From: an uncultured Nitrososphaeria archaeon
Lineage (GTDB): Archaea > Thermoproteota > Nitrososphaeria_A > Caldarchaeales > Calditenuaceae
Length of the DNA: 11,229 nucleotides
Assembly: GCA_964440295.1 (NCBI GenBank)
Contig: CAYTRT010000034.1
Span: 1 to 11,229 of the forward strand
Direction of reading: 5' to 3'
Each line of letters begins with the position of its first letter. The stretch's first letter is position 1. A model generated the notes under the pieces. That model saw only the letters and a program-made list of their open reading frames with translations. It was not told the origin of the DNA and did not search any database. This document shows positions 7,172 through 11,229 of the stretch, one piece after another. The translations under genes and the position numbers were made by a program.

Positions 7172-7295
7172 GGGTTGCCGGTCATAGGGTGGGGGGAAAC
7201 ACCCGGTCTCATTCCGAACCCGGAAGTTAAGCCCCCACCCGCCTGGTGAGTAGTGGGGTGGGAGACCACCCGTGAAAACCGGGTACTGGCAACCC
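7172..7295 (+). rRNA. 5S ribosomal RNA
   Basis: Helix I GGGTTGCCGGT / ACTGGCAACCC closes a ~124 nt RNA containing the conserved core CCGAACCCGGAAGTTAAGCCC and GGTGAGTAGTGGGGTGGGAGACC...; exact ends approximate. Confidence 0.93.
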
Positions 7296-7340
7296 AATTG
7301 TACCTCGTTCTGGCAAATCAAGACTGGAAGAGCCGATAAC

Positions 7341-7350
7341 GTATAAATTA
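7341..7350 (+). promoter_or_regulatory. TATA box (GTATAAATTA) for sfsA
   Basis: Centred ~34 nt upstream of the TTG start at 7380. Confidence 0.6.
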
Positions 7351-7379
7351 GCTGAGGAGCAAGTTGAGCCGTTAGAAGA

Positions 7380-8093
7380 TTGTCGACCGGCGGGCCAGCA
7401 TTACTCAAGGTCGAGGTGCGCGCGGCATCTCTTTTGGAGCGTATAAACCGCTTCGTCGTGTTTGCTGAAACGCCCCTCGGCATGCTCAGACTCTATCTGA
7501 GAAACACCGGCAGACTCAGAGACCTAATCCAGCGCGGCTCGACAGCGCTCTTCATTCCTAACAAGAAATTGAAGACGGATGGACTACTAATCGGCGTAAT
7601 GATCGATGAGGAGCGAGCGGCCATAGTTGATCCTGTTCTTCAAACATGCGCCTTTGAAGAGGCGTGGAGGCGAGGACTCATCCCGTGGCTGGAGGGTTGG
7701 AGAATCGCCAAGCGCGAGTACAATTTCGAGGATTCGAGAATAGATTACCTCATCGTGAAGGATAGAGCTAAAGGATTACTGGAGGCCAAGTCTGCCGTCT
7801 ACCACTCGGATGATAACTACTGCATGTATCCTGACACTATATCGACGAGGGGGCGGAGACACGTGGAGGCGCTAATCAGGGCCAGAAATAGACACTACCA
7901 CTCATTCATAGTTTTCATCTCGGCCCACCCGCTCTGCAGGCGGTTCAAGCCATGCAGCGAAGCAGACCCACTATTAAGAGCGCTATTGATAAAGGCTAGA
8001 AGATTTGGAGTAAAGCTATACTCTCTTAAGATGCATCTAAAGGTTGATGGAGAAATAGTTCTTGACTCTCCCTCAATACCTATAACGTTCTAG
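7380..8093 (+). CDS. sfsA: Sugar fermentation stimulation protein homolog SfsA (DNA/RNA nuclease family)
   Basis: Family motifs NRFVVFAETPLG...LRNTGRLRDLI, EGWRIAKREYNFEDSRIDYLIV, LLEAKSAVYHSDDNYCMYPDTISTRGRRHVEALI and CSEADPLLRALLIKA. TTG start with a TATA box upstream. Confidence 0.92.
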   Translation: MSTGGPALLKVEVRAASLLERINRFVVFAETPLGMLRLYLRNTGRLRDLIQRGSTALFIPNKKLKTDGLLIGVMIDEERAAIVDPVLQTCAFEEAWRRGLIPWLEGWRIAKREYNFEDSRIDYLIVKDRAKGLLEAKSAVYHSDDNYCMYPDTISTRGRRHVEALIRARNRHYHSFIVFISAHPLCRRFKPCSEADPLLRALLIKARRFGVKLYSLKMHLKVDGEIVLDSPSIPITF

Positions 8094-9310
8094 TCTCCCC
8101 GCTTGAGTCCAACGAGCATAGTTATGGCTCCGACGACTGCTAATGCTGCTACGAGCGGAAATGCTGAGAGGTATGTTCCAGTCGTGTCTCGTAGCCATCC
8201 AGAGGAGAGCGGCCCCAACAAGGCACCAACTCCATCTGCAGTAATGACTATGCCATAATTCTTTCCGTAGTTCCTGGCTCCGAAAAACATCCTAGTGGTA
8301 GTGGGTGCGAGCGTTATCCATCCGCCGAGGTTTAGCCAAAGAAGCGCAAAACCAACATAGAAAATGATGGGGTTGCACATGCTGAATAGGTAGAGTGAAA
8401 GAGATGCCGCGAGAATCATGCAGAAGGACAGTATAGCCACGAGTTTGGGCTTAAGTTTATCGGTGAGCATGCCGAAGAATGGCCTTCCAAGACCATTGAA
8501 TATTGCGAAGGCCGAGACCGCTATCGATGCTTCTGTCTGACTGATCTTGACTACCTCTATTCCAAACGGCGCCGATATTCCGACAGCCATGAAGCCGGAG
8601 AAACACGCGATTGCATAACCAACCCAGAGCGCGTAGAAAGACTTTGTCCTAAGCATTGCAGATGCGTCAAGCTCTATCTGCTTTTCAGGCATCTCTTCTT
8701 TTAGCGACGAGGAGCCAAATTCTTGCTGTGGAAAGCGTAGTAGAAATGAAAACGCAACGAGTACTATTAGGATTATTATTCCAAGGTAGAAGAAGGTCTT
8801 TAGTGGCCCGACCATCTCTATCAAGGCAGATATTGCTGGCGCCGTTACTAGCGGCGAGAGGCCGAAGCCGAGAACCGTGAGCCCGATAGCTGTCCCGGAC
8901 TTATCTGGGAACCACTTGGCGGCTGTAGTTATAGGTACGCAGTACGTCGTGCCTGTACCCGCTCCTCCTACTACTCCGTAAAGCAGCGTTAGCGTGTAGA
9001 TGTCATTTGAGTAGCTTGCGAATATCCATCCAACCGTGACGAGCGCGCTGCCGAGAATCAGCGTGAGGCGGGGCCCGTATCTGTCTATGAAGCTGCCGGC
9101 GAACGGCATGACGAAGGCGAAGGCCGCGAGGAACACCATGTAGGGCAGCCCACTCTCGGTGGACGTGATCGACCAGAGCTTCTCTAGAGGCTTCCTAAAA
9201 ACACTGTATGAGTATATTGCTCCTAAGCATAGATTGATTATGAATCCGACGATAATAATTACCCAGCGATAGCGATCCGTCGAAGAAGTTCTTCTCGAGT
9301 CTCGTGGCAA
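8090..9310 (-). CDS. MFS transporter, oxalate/formate antiporter (OFA)-like family
   Basis: 12-TM-like ORF with GAIYSYSVFRKPLEKLW, GLPYMVFLAAFAFVMPFAGSFIDRYGPR and LYGVVGGAGTGTTYCVPITTAAKWFPDKSGTAIGLTVLGFGLSPL. TTG start. Confidence 0.9.
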   Translation of the reverse strand: MPRDSRRTSSTDRYRWVIIIVGFIINLCLGAIYSYSVFRKPLEKLWSITSTESGLPYMVFLAAFAFVMPFAGSFIDRYGPRLTLILGSALVTVGWIFASYSNDIYTLTLLYGVVGGAGTGTTYCVPITTAAKWFPDKSGTAIGLTVLGFGLSPLVTAPAISALIEMVGPLKTFFYLGIIILIVLVAFSFLLRFPQQEFGSSSLKEEMPEKQIELDASAMLRTKSFYALWVGYAIACFSGFMAVGISAPFGIEVVKISQTEASIAVSAFAIFNGLGRPFFGMLTDKLKPKLVAILSFCMILAASLSLYLFSMCNPIIFYVGFALLWLNLGGWITLAPTTTRMFFGARNYGKNYGIVITADGVGALLGPLSSGWLRDTTGTYLSAFPLVAALAVVGAITMLVGLKRGD

Positions 9311-9379
9311 TTCTTATTCATCGAGAAATGACTAGAGTCTTTTCATAAACATTATTGAATGAAGGTTTCTGCGTGTTGG

Positions 9380-10612
9380 TTATCTTCTCGGGGGCCTGAG
9401 ACCTATGTATGCGGTTATTAGTCCAACTATTGCGAGTACACTGACTACTGGGAAGACCGTGAGGTAGGTGCCCGTAGTGTCCTTTAGCCATCCCGATGAG
9501 AGCATTCCGAGGATTGCGCCTACGCCATAAGAGGTAAAGACCACGCCGTAGTTCTTGCCGTAGTATTTTGTCCCGAAGAATATCTTAGTCGCTGTAGGCG
9601 CTATGGCCAGCCATCCTCCAAGGTTCAGCCAAAGGACCGAGAAGCAGACGAAGTAAATTATTGCATTGCCCTCTCCGAATGCGTATAGAAGTGCGGCGAC
9701 CACTGAGATCATGAGGAATGAAAGGACCGCGGTGTTTCTGGGCTTCAGCCTATCAGTGAGCCAGCCGAAGAGTGGTCTTCCAAATCCGTTGAATATTGCG
9801 AAGACCGAGACCGCTATTGATGATGCCTGCTGGCTTATCTTGGCTACCTCGAGGCCGAATGGAGCGGCGATTCCAATAGCCATCAGTCCCGAGAGGCATC
9901 CCAACGTGTAGGCAATCCAGAGCGCATAGAATGTCTTTGTCCTAAGCATCTCCGACCTGTCAAGCTGGCCCTCCTTCCTTGCCGCGGCTTGGGCGGCCGT
10001 CGTCTGCTTGGCCGATGGCGCAGAACTGCTTGATGGGAACTTAAGGGGCATCGATAGGACTAACAAGATGATTAGGAAGGCTATGCCGAGGTATAGGAAC
10101 GTCTGGAGCGGACCGACTGAGGAGATTAGGCTCGACATTATCGGCGCAGTTATCAGCGGCGAGAGACCGAAGCCCAGCAGTGTTAGGCCCATGGCTGTGC
10201 CCGCCCTCTCTGGGAACCATCTGGCCGCCACTGCTATCGGCGCGCCGTAGACCACGCCCACTCCTGCCCCTCCCACCACGCCGTAGAGAATTGTCAGTAG
10301 GAGGATGTTGTTTGAGAGGCTTGCCAAGCACCAACCCGCTCCGACAAGAATGCTGCCGATTATCACGGTTATTCTTGGGCCAAACCTGTCTAGGAATCCA
10401 CCGACAACCGGCATCGTGAATGCAAACATGGCGAGGAAGACCATGTAGGGCAGTCCGCTCTCGGTCGAGGATATTCTCCAGAGCGCCTCGAGCGGCTTCC
10501 TGAAGACGCTGTAGGAGTAAATCGACCCTAGACAGATATTTATCACGAACCCTATCGCGACAAGCATCCAGCGAAAAGAAGAGCTTGACTGTACAGTACT
10601 TTTAGTCGTCAT
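9380..10612 (-). CDS. MFS transporter, oxalate/formate antiporter (OFA)-like family, paralog of the adjacent gene
   Basis: Same architecture and motifs (GSIYSYSVFRKPLEALW, DRFGPRITVIIGS, LYGVVGGAGVGVVYGAPIAVAARWFPERAGTAMGLTLLGFGLSPL). The track starts at GTG 10639, but the CTTAAATAAG promoter sits directly upstream of that codon, favouring ATG 10612. Confidence 0.9.
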   Translation of the reverse strand: MTTKSTVQSSSSFRWMLVAIGFVINICLGSIYSYSVFRKPLEALWRISSTESGLPYMVFLAMFAFTMPVVGGFLDRFGPRITVIIGSILVGAGWCLASLSNNILLLTILYGVVGGAGVGVVYGAPIAVAARWFPERAGTAMGLTLLGFGLSPLITAPIMSSLISSVGPLQTFLYLGIAFLIILLVLSMPLKFPSSSSAPSAKQTTAAQAAARKEGQLDRSEMLRTKTFYALWIAYTLGCLSGLMAIGIAAPFGLEVAKISQQASSIAVSVFAIFNGFGRPLFGWLTDRLKPRNTAVLSFLMISVVAALLYAFGEGNAIIYFVCFSVLWLNLGGWLAIAPTATKIFFGTKYYGKNYGVVFTSYGVGAILGMLSSGWLKDTTGTYLTVFPVVSVLAIVGLITAYIGLRPPRR

Positions 10613-10640
10613 TTCGACATCGCTACAACTCAAATTCACG

Positions 10641-10650
10641 CCTTATTTAA
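10641..10650 (-). promoter_or_regulatory. TATA box (TTAAATAAGG / CTTAAATAAG core) for the upstream OFA-type transporter
   Basis: Minus strand ATCCTTAAATAAGG matches an archaeal BRE/TATA arrangement, ~33 nt upstream of ATG 10612. Confidence 0.6.
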
Positions 10651-11066
10651 GGATATGCGGTCTATGGCGATGCTATTTCTCTGCCTGTCCACTCTCTAGT
10701 TTCTCTCCTATTAATGCTTAATTTGGCACGAGTAGGTCCTACTATTTTTGCCTCTGATCGTCTCGCCCTTGTTGTTTAGGCGCTATTCTTCCTGATCCCT
10801 CAGGTTCTAGGCACCTATATGCTAATTTGTAGAATTTATGGTTTTGGTCTAAAGGACTGTGTGTAAATACCTATTATATTCGTATAAGAAATGGTCCTAG
10901 GGCTGTCGGGATGGGATGGTGCGTATCAAAAGAATCCATCCCCCAATTTAAGCTCCGAAGAAGTGTAAAAACAGCATCTTTACTGCATAATACTCATATA
11001 GGAACGTAGATAAAAATGGCAGTGTATATTTTATAGTCGTAGTTCTCTTAGAGGATGGGTGTGCAA

Positions 11067-11229
11067 TCAATCATCCTTGCAAGGCTGCTTTAATGATCTC
11101 TTTATCATCTGCCTGGCTTCTTCACCACCCTTCTTCAGGACTCTTATAAACTTCTCCACGTCTAGACCATCCGTATAGTTGTTGTCATTCAGCCAGCGTG
11201 CAATGACTAGCATCATTGTCTCAGCTCCT
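11067..11229 (-). CDS. C-terminal fragment of an unidentified protein (continues beyond the window)
   Basis: Minus strand open frame GAETMMLVIARWLNDNNYTDGLDVEKFIRVLKKGGEEARQMIKRSLKQPCKDD-stop (TGA at 11069-11067). Not in the supplied ORF track, presumably because the visible part is short. Confidence 0.6.
   Translation of the reverse strand, partial: GAETMMLVIARWLNDNNYTDGLDVEKFIRVLKKGGEEARQMIKRSLKQPCKDD

Noticed and set aside
7130-7483. Minus-strand 117-aa ORF
   Set aside because: Spans the entire 5S rRNA gene and the sfsA start, so it is an artefact of reading through RNA and antisense sequence.
8656-10419. Plus-strand ORFs at 8656-8880, 9666-9911, 10008-10250 and 10180-10419, plus minus-strand 10041-10334
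   Set aside because: Overlap the two MFS transporter genes and have Arg/Pro/Leu-rich translations typical of antisense or out-of-frame reading.
1-11229. CRISPR arrays, insertion sequences, toxin-antitoxin or defence cassettes
   Set aside because: No regularly spaced repeats, transposase or integrase motifs, or recognisable Cas/TA domains on either strand. The only notable repeat is the two-copy intergenic motif.

Overview
The window looks like an ordinary crenarchaeal-type chromosomal segment: AGA/AGG-rich codon usage, TATA boxes ~25-30 nt upstream of near-leaderless starts, and archaeal-specific RNP genes. From left to right: (i) a tightly packed plus-strand cluster with the 3' part of nop5 (C/D RNP), flpA (fibrillarin), rnhB (RNase HII), a THEP1-type NTPase and trm1; (ii) a minus-strand run with a TauE/SafE-type permease, an MSMEG_6728/pyrimidine-dimer-glycosylase-like protein, a small ferritin-like protein, a tRNA-Trp(CCA) gene with an inferred 25-nt intron, and an uncharacterised protein; (iii) a stand-alone plus-strand 5S rRNA gene and sfsA; (iv) two tandem OFA-type (oxalate/formate antiporter-like) MFS transporters on the minus strand; (v) a ~0.4 kb intergenic region and the C-terminus of a further minus-strand ORF that is missing from the supplied ORF track. 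I found no CRISPR array, transposase or obvious defence system, and no clear candidate for a new multi-gene system. The best leads are a near-identical intergenic motif (CGCTTAGTRATGTTTCAG(G)ATTTTT) in direct orientation upstream of two different genes, an intron-containing tRNA-Trp with an imperfect splice motif, a possible hairpin or small RNA in the 10.65-11.07 kb gap, and a conserved-looking but unassigned protein at 6434-7015.
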